Below, piece after piece: positions 53,722 to 64,000 of a stretch of DNA of 64,000 nucleotides (position 1 is the first letter of the stretch; every line of letters begins with the position of its first letter). Origin of the DNA: an uncultured Chloroflexia bacterium (GTDB lineage: Bacteria; Chloroflexota; Limnocylindria; QHBO01); contig CAWCXQ010000003.1 of the NCBI GenBank assembly GCA_963799675.1, forward strand, positions 293,577-357,576. The letters run 5' to 3'. Position numbers and translations under genes: made by a program. The notes beneath the pieces were generated by a model. It saw only the letters and a program-made list of their open reading frames with translations, ran no database searches and was not told the DNA's origin.

Positions 53722-53796
53722 GTGGCGGAGTAGCTCAGTGGCAGAGCAGGGGACTCATAAGCCCTTGGTCGGTGGTTCGAATCCGCCCTCCGCTAC
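53722..53796 (+). tRNA. tRNA with CAU anticodon (Met or lysidine-modified Ile2)
   Basis: Cloverleaf: acceptor GGCGGAG/CTCCGCT, anticodon loop CTCATAA, T-loop GGTTCGAATCC, 3' ACCA. Confidence 0.8.
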
Positions 53797-53799
53797 CAA

Positions 53800-54728
53800 C
53801 CCCCTTGACGAGCTCGCGGCCGCCGTCGCGCGCGGTGCCGACGCCCTCGGGATCCTGCGAGGCTCCTCACTCCTCCTCGCGGTCTCCGGAGGGCCGGACT
53901 CGATGGCGCTCCTCCACGGCGCCGCGCGCCTCGGCCGGTGGCAGCTCACCGTCGCGCACCTTGACCATGGGCTCAGGCCCGACTCGCACGACGACGCGTC
54001 CTTCGTTGCCGATGCCGCCGCCGCCCTCGACCTCGCCTGCACCGTCCGACGGACCGATGTAGCCGCCCTGGCGGCAACCGAAGGACGGACCCTGGAGGAG
54101 GCCGGACGCGAGGCACGCTACCGATTCCTCGAGGAAATGGCAGCGCCCGACGCGCTCATCGCCACGGCCCACACCGCCGATGACTCCGCGGAGACGATCC
54201 TCCTCAACGTGGTGCGCGGCAGCGGCCTGGCGGGGGTCAGCGGCATCCCGCCCCGACGAGGGCGCGTGGTGCGGCCGCTGATCGCATCGCGCCGTGCCGC
54301 CCTGCGCGCAGCCCTCGACGCGGCCGGGATCGGCTATCGCCTGGACCCGACAAACGAGGGGCTCGACGCGAGCCGCAATCGCATCCGCCACGAGGTCATC
54401 CCTGCCATGGAGAGGATCAACCCGGCAGCAGTCGAGGCGCTGACCCGCTTCGGTCGCCTGGCGGCCGACGACGACGACCTGCTCGACGCCATCGCCGCGG
54501 GTGAGCTGGCCCGGCGCCGGACGGAAGCGCGCCATCGAGTGGCGCGACCCGCCCGCGCGGGCGCTGGGACGTCGCGTCCTGCGCCTGGCAATCGGAGATC
54601 CGGCGCCCAGCCTCGAGCGCATCGACGCGCTCCTCGACGCCGCCGAGGGGGCGCATGGCGGCATCACCATCGAGCTGGGTGGCGGCCGAAGCGCATCGGT
54701 CCGGGAGCGGAGGATCACGATCGAGTGA
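53800..54728 (+). CDS. tilS: tRNA(Ile)-lysidine synthetase, start codon unresolved, apparent frameshift near 54520
   Basis: PP-loop SGGPDSMAL and TAHTADDSAETILLN. No ATG, GTG or TTG in frame between the tRNA and the PP-loop. Confidence 0.65.
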
Positions 54729-54877
54729 CCCACCGGTACCGATAGCCAGATCGGCTGTTTGTTCGACGGCGCGTGGCGCACCTATACTTCACCGGCCTGT
54801 GGTATGCACGCAGGCACGGTCATCGGCCACTACCACGCCGAACGCCGATCCCCTACGGAGGCGAAAGAGAACCCAAC

Positions 54878-56850
<1,973 letters not shown>

Positions 56851-57023
56851 CCCATCAGCCGAAAGACCCTGGAGGCCTGGCAGATTGCCGGGCCTCTGGC
56901 TTACCCCGGCGGGACTTTCGGGTTATTCCGATGCCCATGAGGCGGGTCGTATACTCGCCTCCGTTGCGCGCGGGCACCTGCCTGCCTCACCCAGCTCGAG
57001 CACCTAGGGAGCCAACCCCGCAC

Positions 57024-58114
57024 ATGGCCATCGAAGAGCCGATCGCCCAGCCTGCCAGCGGTCAGAGCAATGAGTGGAAATACGAGACCGGATCCGGGAC
57101 GCTCGCGCCACGGTCGGCGCTGGACGTGCTGACGAATCTCAACGAGCGCATCGCGTCGGGCAAGATCGACGACTTCCAGCCGATCGCGACCGGCTTTGTC
57201 CCGCTCGACAAGACGATCGGCGGCGGACTGCGGCCCGGTGAGCTGATGCTCATCGGCGGCGCGCAGGGAGCCGGCAAGACGACGCTGGCGCTGCAGATGG
57301 CGCGCAACGCGGCCGCATCGGGCCAGGCAACCATCCTCTACGTGTGCTTCGAGCACGAGGAGGAGTACCTGATCCAGCGCATGATCGCGATGGAGTCGGC
57401 ACTGGCGCACCTTCCCCAGAAGTCCGGCGCGGTCAAGATCCAGGACGTCAAGAAAGAGGTCGTGGGGAGCTACACCGCCTCGGCAGAGACGGGGACCGCG
57501 CGCCAAGCTCGGCACGAACCCGCGTCTGCGGCCGAGCCTGGAGCGGATCGCCCGATACGGCAGCAACCTGTTCCTCATGCGGGGAACGGCGACCGCGAGC
57601 ACGATCGACAACCTGCGCGAGCTGGTCGGCCGAGCACCGCGGCGACGACGAGCGGCGCCTGGTCCTCTTTGTCGACTACCTGCAGAAGGTGCCCGTCATC
57701 CCGGAGCCGGCAGATGAGGCGGAGAAGGTGACGCGCATCGTGAGCGGCCTGAAGGACATCGCGCTCTCGATGGAGATCCCGGTGGTTGCCATCGTTGCCG
57801 CCGACCGCGAGGGCCTCAAGGCCAAGCGGCTGCGCAACCATCACCTGCGCGGCAGCAGCGCCATCAACTACGAGAGCGACATCATCCTGATCCTGAACGA
57901 CAAGTACAACATCGTCGCGAAGGTGAACATCGAGTTCAACCCGTACCAGGCGCAGCGCTACCGCGACTGGGTGGTGATCACCGTCGAGAAGAACCGCGGC
58001 GGGCAGGACAACATCGACCTCGAGTACGAAAAGCTCTTCGAATACAGCTGCTTCGATCCGACGGGACGGATCACCGCCGAGAAGCTGATCGAGGAACGTC
58101 TCTACAACGACTGA
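57024..58114 (+). CDS. DnaB-C-terminal-like/RecA-superfamily ATPase (standalone), apparent frameshifts
   Basis: GFVPLDKTIGGGLRPGELMLIGGAQGAGKTTLALQMA. LVLFVDYLQKV. IPVVAIVA. Confidence 0.55.
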
Positions 58115-58120
58115 GGCGCC

Positions 58121-58552
58121 ATGCCGCCCCTCGATCCATACCAGATCCTCCAGGTGCTGCCGAGCGCGGAGCAGGAGGTGGTCGCCGCGGCGCATCGTGC
58201 GCTCGCCCTCAAATACCACCCCGACCGCGACTCCACCGCGCGCGCCGCTCAGAAGATGCGCGAGCTGAACGAGGCGTGGGCCCTGGTGCGCGACGAGGCG
58301 ACCCGGGCCAGGTTCGATCGCCAGGGCCGAAGCCTGTCGTCCGCGGCAGCTGCCGCCGTCGCTCCGGGCACCGCTCCCATGCCGATGCGTGCCTCCGACG
58401 GCCCGAAGGTCGACTTCGGCCGGTATGCCGGCTGGAGCATTCGCGACCTTGCCCGCCAGGATCCCGACTACCTGCGCTGGCTGGGCCGGCACTCGTCGGG
58501 GATTCGCTTCCGCACCGAGATCTATCGGATCCTGGGCGCCACCGCAGCCTGA
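58121..58552 (+). CDS. J-domain (DnaJ-like) protein
   Basis: DPYQILQV, and the HPD motif in KYHPDRD. Confidence 0.7.
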   Translation: MPPLDPYQILQVLPSAEQEVVAAAHRALALKYHPDRDSTARAAQKMRELNEAWALVRDEATRARFDRQGRSLSSAAAAAVAPGTAPMPMRASDGPKVDFGRYAGWSIRDLARQDPDYLRWLGRHSSGIRFRTEIYRILGATAA

Positions 58553-58576
58553 GCCGCTAGTCTTGAGCGGCGATGG

Positions 58577-59332
58577 ATGACCTCCAGACCAATACCGGGT
58601 GGGCGCCTGCGCGCCGTCTTTCTCGACATCGGCGATACCGTGATGCGACCGAATCCCTCGTGGGAGCACGTCTACGCGATGGCATTCGCCGAGTACGGGA
58701 TCGAGATCAGCGTCGAGGATCTGAGGGTCGCTCTGCGCCAGGCGTACCGCCATGGCGGCTGGGGGTTCGATGACGGCTTCGAGCCGACGGAGGAGACATC
58801 CTTCCGCCGGACCGTGGAGATCGACCAGGCGGCGATCGTCCAGCTCGGGATCGGTCCGATGCCGGACGCCTTCTTTCGCCGGCTCGCGGAGCTCTTCATG
58901 GTGACCAGCCACTGGCACGTCTTTCCCGACGTGCTGCCCTCGCTGCTTGCCCTCAAGGAGCGAGGGCTCGTCGTGGGAGCGGTCTCGAACTGGGTCTGGA
59001 ACCTTCCCGAGCTGCTGCATTCGCTCGACCTGGTGGGGCAGTTCGACTTCATCACCGCGTCTGCGCGGGTCGGCTTCGAAAAGCCGCATCCCCGCATCTT
59101 CGAAGAGGCGCTTGAGAAGGCGCAGGTTCGACCGTGGGAGGCGATCCACGTGGGTGACCACCTCGACGCGGACGTCCACGGCGCGGAACGGCTGGGGATC
59201 CACGCAGTGCTGATGGACCGATACGACCGCCACGAGGCCGACGACCTTCCGGCGGACCTGCCGGTCATCCACTCGCTCGACGAGCTGCTGCCGATCGTCG
59301 ACGTCCGCCTCAGCGCCCCGGTGCAGCCATGA
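58577..59332 (+). CDS. HAD-superfamily hydrolase (subfamily IA)
   Basis: VFLDIGDTV motif I. GAVSNW. GDHLDADV motif IV. Intact. Confidence 0.75.
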   Translation: MTSRPIPGGRLRAVFLDIGDTVMRPNPSWEHVYAMAFAEYGIEISVEDLRVALRQAYRHGGWGFDDGFEPTEETSFRRTVEIDQAAIVQLGIGPMPDAFFRRLAELFMVTSHWHVFPDVLPSLLALKERGLVVGAVSNWVWNLPELLHSLDLVGQFDFITASARVGFEKPHPRIFEEALEKAQVRPWEAIHVGDHLDADVHGAERLGIHAVLMDRYDRHEADDLPADLPVIHSLDELLPIVDVRLSAPVQP

Positions 59333-59889
59333 CCGGCTGGCGCTGCTTCGTGGCCGTGCCGATCGGCGAGGACCTTCGAGCGGCACTCTCCTCCGCGGTC
59401 GCCGAGTGGCGCGAAGCGCCGGCAGCCGAGGATCTGCGCTGGAGTGACCCATCGGGCTGGCACGCAACACTCGCCTTCCTGGGTGACATCGATCCGGGCC
59501 GCGTGCCACGGTTGGCCGATGCTCTCGCCGACGTGGCCGGACGCTCCGCGCCGTTCAGCCTGGCCACGGGCGGCCTGGGCGGGTTCCCGTCGTCTCGGGC
59601 GGCGCGGGTCGCGTGGTACGGGATCGCCGATCCAGAGGGGCGGCTGGCGGCCATAGCGTCGTCGGTGCGGGCGGCGATCGGGCTCGCGGATGATCAGCCG
59701 TTCCGGCCGCATCTGACGCTGGCTCGCTCCCGCGGGGCGACCCGCGCGAGGATCGACTTGCTCATCTCCGCTCCAGCGGGGATGCTTGCGGTCGACGAGC
59801 TGGTGCTCTATCGGAGCATCCTCGGGCAGGGGCCCGCTCACTACGAGCCGCTCGCCGCTGCCCGGCTGGGAGTATCGGTCCATGTCTGA
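59329..59889 (+). CDS. thpR: RNA 2',3'-cyclic phosphodiesterase (2H phosphoesterase, LigT/ThpR)
   Basis: Two HxT/S motifs, HATLAFLG and HLTLAR. Start overlaps the HAD stop. Confidence 0.75.
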   Translation: MTGWRCFVAVPIGEDLRAALSSAVAEWREAPAAEDLRWSDPSGWHATLAFLGDIDPGRVPRLADALADVAGRSAPFSLATGGLGGFPSSRAARVAWYGIADPEGRLAAIASSVRAAIGLADDQPFRPHLTLARSRGATRARIDLLISAPAGMLAVDELVLYRSILGQGPAHYEPLAAARLGVSVHV

Positions 59890-60412
59890 GCCGCGCCTGC
59901 CGACCCGGGTCCCCTACGTCGCCGTCATCGGCGACGGCGACCCGCGGGGTCCCGAGGCGCATCGGGTGCTGGACTGGGCGGAGGAGATTGGCCAGCTGCT
60001 CGCACGATCCGGAGCCACCGTCATCACCGGCGGGCTGGGTGGGGTCATGCGCGCCGCGTCGCGGGGCGCCGCGGGCGCCGGGGGAGTGACGATCGGGATC
60101 CTCCCCGAGGCCGACCCCGACGAGGCGAACGAGTACGTCACCATTCCCATCGCCACGGGTCTCGGCGTGGCCCGCAACCTCGTCGTCGTCACGTCTGCGG
60201 ATGCGGTCGTGGCGGTGGGCGGACGGCACGGCACGCTCTCGGAGATCGGCCTGGCCCTGCGGATGGGGCGGCATGTCGTCGCCCTCTCGTCCTGGCGCGT
60301 CGAGTCAGAGCATCGGCTCGGCGGTCCGCGGGTGCACCGCGCACGCGACCCGCGGGAAGCGGCGGAGCTGGGCCTCCGCCTCGCCAAGGAAGGCCCGTTC
60401 CAGCCCAGCTAG
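59886..60412 (+). CDS. LOG-family (TIGR00725-like) protein
   Basis: GGLGGVM, and VAVGGRHGTLSE matching the GGxGTxxE motif. ATG overlaps the thpR stop. Confidence 0.7.
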
Positions 60413-60413
60413 C

Positions 60414-61547
60414 TCAGTGGATCAGCTGGATCGCGTACTGCGTGCTTATACGAGGCGGCGCGTTCGGATCATACTGGCCGACCGAGCCCCCGCTGACGCT
60501 GTCGACAAAGCGCCCGATGAGGCAAGACGTCGCGCCATTGTTGCTTTGTTCGCATTGTGCCTTGTTGTTCCCGTTGATAAAGGCCCCCTTTGGAGACGCT
60601 AGCTCGAATACTGCATACGAGGGAAAGTGATACCACTGGTTTTGACCGCTTGCTGCGGGGTTGGTGCACGCATTGCCTTCGCCAGGGTTGTCGCGACAGG
60701 TGTCATCGAACATTGGCATGAAGATGCGTTCGCCGGCGTATTTGTTGAGGCAGTTCTCGACGTTGGGGGAGTTGACGTTGCCCGTGGAAGTCACGTCGAA
60801 CCAGTTCGGCAGGTCAAGAGTGGGAGGGTGCGGATCACAGATTTCGGTCGCGAGCTCGCTGGTGCCGCCGTTAGGCGGGTCCCAGTCGAGCCAGCCAACG
60901 CTGCCCGGGTTATTACCGCACAGCGGAATGATGTATTGCGTGTTCTTGACCCACTGAGTCGTGGTGGGGACGGCCCTGTTCTGGCCATCGCACGTGACGA
61001 TAGTTGTCGGGAACGTGAGCGGTATGAATGCACAGACGTCAGTCGTGGGACAAGGCTCATTTGCAGGGCCAGCGACCACGGTTGCCTGGGCTGACACCGT
61101 GAGGCGATCGATCCCAATCACTTGGGCCAGAAGCGTGTCATGGACGCGGCTCCCAGTCCCGTGCACGCCCTGGGCCCCTGCGGGGATGGGCATACCCGGA
61201 GTTAGGGAACCCACCCCTATCGGTGGAACGAGAGGGTTTCCCTGCCAGTCGGTGTAATCGGCACCGTCAAGCGTTACGCCATTGGTTACGGCCGCCGCCG
61301 CCACGGCCTGCTGAACCTGTTCATCCGTCCAGCTCGTTGGGCCTGCCATGTTTTGCACGATCACGATTGCGCCCGCTTGCGACGCCGCATCGATCCCGTT
61401 TTGGGCGTCCCGATTGGCCGCCCAGGCGAAGCCAACATCGATTACCAAGCCGGCCATGGCGATTAATCCAACCATCCCGAGACCAACAATGACCAGGATC
61501 TGGCCGCGAGCGGCCTTTTCAGGCCGAGTCTCGACAAATGAGCTCAT
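60414..61547 (-). CDS. TadG-like Tad pilus pseudopilin family protein with Cys-rich C-terminal domain
   Basis: N-terminal GQILVIVGLGMVGLIAMAGLVIDVGFAW (TadE/G-like). ATGA overlap with the upstream tadE. Confidence 0.65.
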   Translation of the reverse strand: MSSFVETRPEKAARGQILVIVGLGMVGLIAMAGLVIDVGFAWAANRDAQNGIDAASQAGAIVIVQNMAGPTSWTDEQVQQAVAAAAVTNGVTLDGADYTDWQGNPLVPPIGVGSLTPGMPIPAGAQGVHGTGSRVHDTLLAQVIGIDRLTVSAQATVVAGPANEPCPTTDVCAFIPLTFPTTIVTCDGQNRAVPTTTQWVKNTQYIIPLCGNNPGSVGWLDWDPPNGGTSELATEICDPHPPTLDLPNWFDVTSTGNVNSPNVENCLNKYAGERIFMPMFDDTCRDNPGEGNACTNPAASGQNQWYHFPSYAVFELASPKGAFINGNNKAQCEQSNNGATSCLIGRFVDSVSGGSVGQYDPNAPPRISTQYAIQLIH

Positions 61548-61948
61548 GGGGTGACGTGCTCCACTGGCATCTGGGACGTTGAGGTGATCGTGATGGGGCC
61601 GATCACACCGCCGAGGATCGGCGTTGCGGGCACCCACTGATGCTGGACCTGGACGGTGGCGATGCATCCAATCTTGATCGGGGCACAGGCGCTTCCCGCG
61701 TGGGCGTACGACGCCGTAACGGTGAGTGGGTCCAGGCCGACAGCCTCCGCGCGGGCAGCGGCTTCCACGTCGCCTGCTGTCTGGTCGACGATCGCTGTGC
61801 GAGCGCCGCTTCGCGCCGCATTCGAAACAGAGTTGTAGGCGAAGACCGCGCGACCGAAATCGATCGTGCCGACCAATAGGACCAGTAGCAGCGGCACGAC
61901 TAGCGCGAATTCCACGAGAGCCTGGCCCCGAGAACCTTTCTGGCTCAT
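61544..61948 (-). CDS. tadE: TadE-like pseudopilin
   Basis: RGQALVEFALVVPLLLVLLVGTIDFGR. Start overlaps the stop of the upstream gene (ATGA). Confidence 0.7.
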   Translation of the reverse strand: MSQKGSRGQALVEFALVVPLLLVLLVGTIDFGRAVFAYNSVSNAARSGARTAIVDQTAGDVEAAARAEAVGLDPLTVTASYAHAGSACAPIKIGCIATVQVQHQWVPATPILGGVIGPITITSTSQMPVEHVTP

Positions 61949-63159
61949 GGGTCCTTGTACACCGTGATGGAGCTCTGACACGCAACGTAGTCACCACCAA
62001 CGAGCGACTGCCTGCTGATGGTGAAGTTGCCCTGTCCTGAATAGGCGATGTTTGCCGTGGTGAAGCCGGCAGCGGTCCAAAGCGACGAGGCATTGTTCTT
62101 CTTGACGCCCGTGAAGTTCGGGACCCTGCAGGGGGCGGGCGGCGGTGCGGGCCAAGCCGCGCCCGTGGTGACCGTGACGGCGGAGACGGGCGATATGCAG
62201 CTCACGCCAGGCGTAGAGCCCGTTGGGCTGGTGACCTGATCGGTAACGACTAGGGCGCCTTGGTCGGGTGGCGTGAATAGCCCCGTGAATCCTGCGGCAG
62301 TCCACGAGGTTCTCGCTGTTGCCACCGTCACGCCTTTGAGATTCGGGACGGTGCGGCAGGGGGGAACCACCGGATCAGCCGGAACCATGGTCGCAATGAC
62401 GCTCGAAGAGAAGATGGCCCAACTGCCGGGCGTCAAGGTGCCGCAATTGGAGGTTGGATCGTTCTCGCTTACCGCCACAGCCTGGACCGTCCGCGTGTCT
62501 GAACCGGGCGATGGCTGATACTTAGCGAGGGAGAACCCGGCGGATTGCCATGCCAGTCGAGCGCCAGCCATGGACAGACCTGCCATGTCTGGAACCCGCC
62601 GGCAATACGCGGGAGGCACCGGATCGGGAGCTGGCGGCGGCGGCGGGCAGCTAGCACAGCCATCTCGAACAGGGAACGTCGAAACGGCACTGAGCTTGAT
62701 GGGCGCCTGGCCCAGCACCAGGCCGACAAGGGGGGTGATCGGGGCGAAATTGCACGCCAATTTCACCTCCGCGTAATCTCCAAGCTCTGGATCCACTACG
62801 ACGACCCCGTTTCGCGTGAACTTCGGGTCGGCCGGCGTCGCCATTGTGCAGTTCCGACCCGCGGCATCCTGGTCGATCAGGCCCCTATAGGCCGTTCTCG
62901 TCCCTGAGTTCCAATCCGCGTTGTCAGCGGCGTAGTTGGCACCCACCCGTGAAGCATTGATGAGCGCGACCCAGCCGAAATAGAGGCGACCGGCATCGAT
63001 CGTCATGACCATGAAGGTCAGCAGGAGCGGCAGGACGAGCGCGAACTCGACCAGCGACTGCGCGCGGCGCGACCCTGACGCGGTCAACGAGTCGACGGAA
63101 GACGGGCACGTTTGACATGAGAATGGCGTCGCGGACCAAAGACCCGGAACGCGACTCAA
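61945..63159 (-). CDS. TadE-like N-terminal domain fused to three PASTA-like repeats
   Basis: RRAQSLVEFALVLPLLLTFMVMTIDAG, then three repeats VPDMAGLSMAGARLAWQSAGFS, VPNLKGVTVATARTSWTAAGFT and VPNFTGVKKNNASSLWTAAGFT. Confidence 0.6.
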   Translation of the reverse strand: MSRVPGLWSATPFSCQTCPSSVDSLTASGSRRAQSLVEFALVLPLLLTFMVMTIDAGRLYFGWVALINASRVGANYAADNADWNSGTRTAYRGLIDQDAAGRNCTMATPADPKFTRNGVVVVDPELGDYAEVKLACNFAPITPLVGLVLGQAPIKLSAVSTFPVRDGCASCPPPPPAPDPVPPAYCRRVPDMAGLSMAGARLAWQSAGFSLAKYQPSPGSDTRTVQAVAVSENDPTSNCGTLTPGSWAIFSSSVIATMVPADPVVPPCRTVPNLKGVTVATARTSWTAAGFTGLFTPPDQGALVVTDQVTSPTGSTPGVSCISPVSAVTVTTGAAWPAPPPAPCRVPNFTGVKKNNASSLWTAAGFTTANIAYSGQGNFTISRQSLVGGDYVACQSSITVYKDP

Positions 63160-63376
63160 CCCCCTGGATCTATCGATAACGATTCCTAGTGGGGCGGTAC
63201 CTTAGTACCAGCCGGGGGCCATGACTATGGTTCCAAGGGGCTCGTCGGTGCCCCCTCGCACCGCCATTTCGCGCTCCCTGGGAGGTGCGCACCGGTGCGG
63301 TGGACTCCGGTGTCCACGGACCATAGCCAGCCGACCTTGCAGCCCACCTTGCAACGCACTCGGTACACTCGTTTCG

Positions 63377-63976
63377 ATGACCGAGCGCGTCCTGGTGCTG
63401 CGTCGTGATTCGGTGCCGGGCGGCTGCGATTTCAGCGGCGTTCGCCCGGCCGATGACCTCGCCGCCCTGCGCCAGGCGGTCCAGCGCCATGGTCGATATC
63501 TGGATCGGCCAACCGCGGAGGGAGACCCCGCCTTCAAGCAGCTGATCCCATATGTCGTCCTGCGCGATGGCGCGTTCGTCTTTCTGATGGAGCGGACCGA
63601 TGCGGGCGGCGACGCGCGGCTCCACGGCAAAGCGAGCATCGGCGTCGGCGGGCACCTGAACCCCGTCGACGGCGGGGAGGATCCGCTGCTCGCCGGGCTG
63701 CGGCGCGAGTGGGCGGAGGAGCTGTCGGCCGCGTGGGAGCCAGAGTTCAGGCTGGTCGGCCTTCTGAACGATGACTCGAACCCCGTGGGGGCCGTGCATC
63801 TGGGAGTCGTCTTCACGGTCGATGCCGCGGGACGCCCGGCGGCGGTCAGGGAGCACGACAAGCTTGCCGGCCGCTTCGTTCCCGTTGGCGAGGTGCTTGC
63901 CGCCCGGGATCGGCTGGAGACCTGGTCGCAGCTGGTCGCGGGGGCGCTGCTGAGCGAGGTCCCCGCCACGCCTTAG
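63377..63976 (+). CDS. NUDIX-like hydrolase domain protein
   Basis: GGHLNPVDGGEDPLLAGLRREWAEELS resembles a Nudix box. The ORF ends 25 bp before the window end. Confidence 0.45.
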   Translation: MTERVLVLRRDSVPGGCDFSGVRPADDLAALRQAVQRHGRYLDRPTAEGDPAFKQLIPYVVLRDGAFVFLMERTDAGGDARLHGKASIGVGGHLNPVDGGEDPLLAGLRREWAEELSAAWEPEFRLVGLLNDDSNPVGAVHLGVVFTVDAAGRPAAVREHDKLAGRFVPVGEVLAARDRLETWSQLVAGALLSEVPATP

Positions 63977-64000
63977 CCGTTCTGGGGCGTCTCCCGGGCG

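Noticed and set aside
63170-63969. Two overlapping minus-strand ORFs (228 and 255 residues)
   Set aside because: They are antisense to the plus-strand NUDIX-like ORF, which has a recognisable Nudix box. The minus-strand translations are low-complexity.

Overview
This is a high-GC (~70%) chromosomal window, most likely from an actinobacterial-type genome. It carries about 70 genes.

Identifiable content, in order along the window:
- a PBP C-terminal fragment, then a MoxR ATPase, a DUF58 protein and a transglutaminase-like membrane protein
- a class V aminotransferase and a histidine phosphatase
- rarA
- an ECF sigma factor with its anti-sigma factor
- three class III adenylate cyclases
- a 13.8-23 kb accessory-like stretch of small secreted, lipoprotein and membrane genes, dotted with an interspersed intergenic repeat family
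- a UvrD-type helicase fused to an Fe-S RecB-like nuclease, then a small membrane protein, a SAM-dependent methyltransferase and a CpaE/TadZ-like ATPase
- murI, ychF, and the mrfA/mrfB (yprA/yprB) helicase/exonuclease pair
- a ROK-regulated sugar ABC transporter flanked by sugar-isomerase and oxidoreductase genes
- tRNA(CAU), tilS and ftsH
- a cluster of Tad pseudopilin-like genes, one of which is fused to three PASTA repeats

Many genes, including the essential ftsH, murI and tilS, are broken into several reading frames. These breaks cluster in sub-regions, while three stretches (2-5446, 44323-53627 and 58121-63976) are clean. That pattern is more consistent with local indel errors in the assembly than with real pseudogenes. 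Coordinates of the frameshifted genes are therefore approximate.
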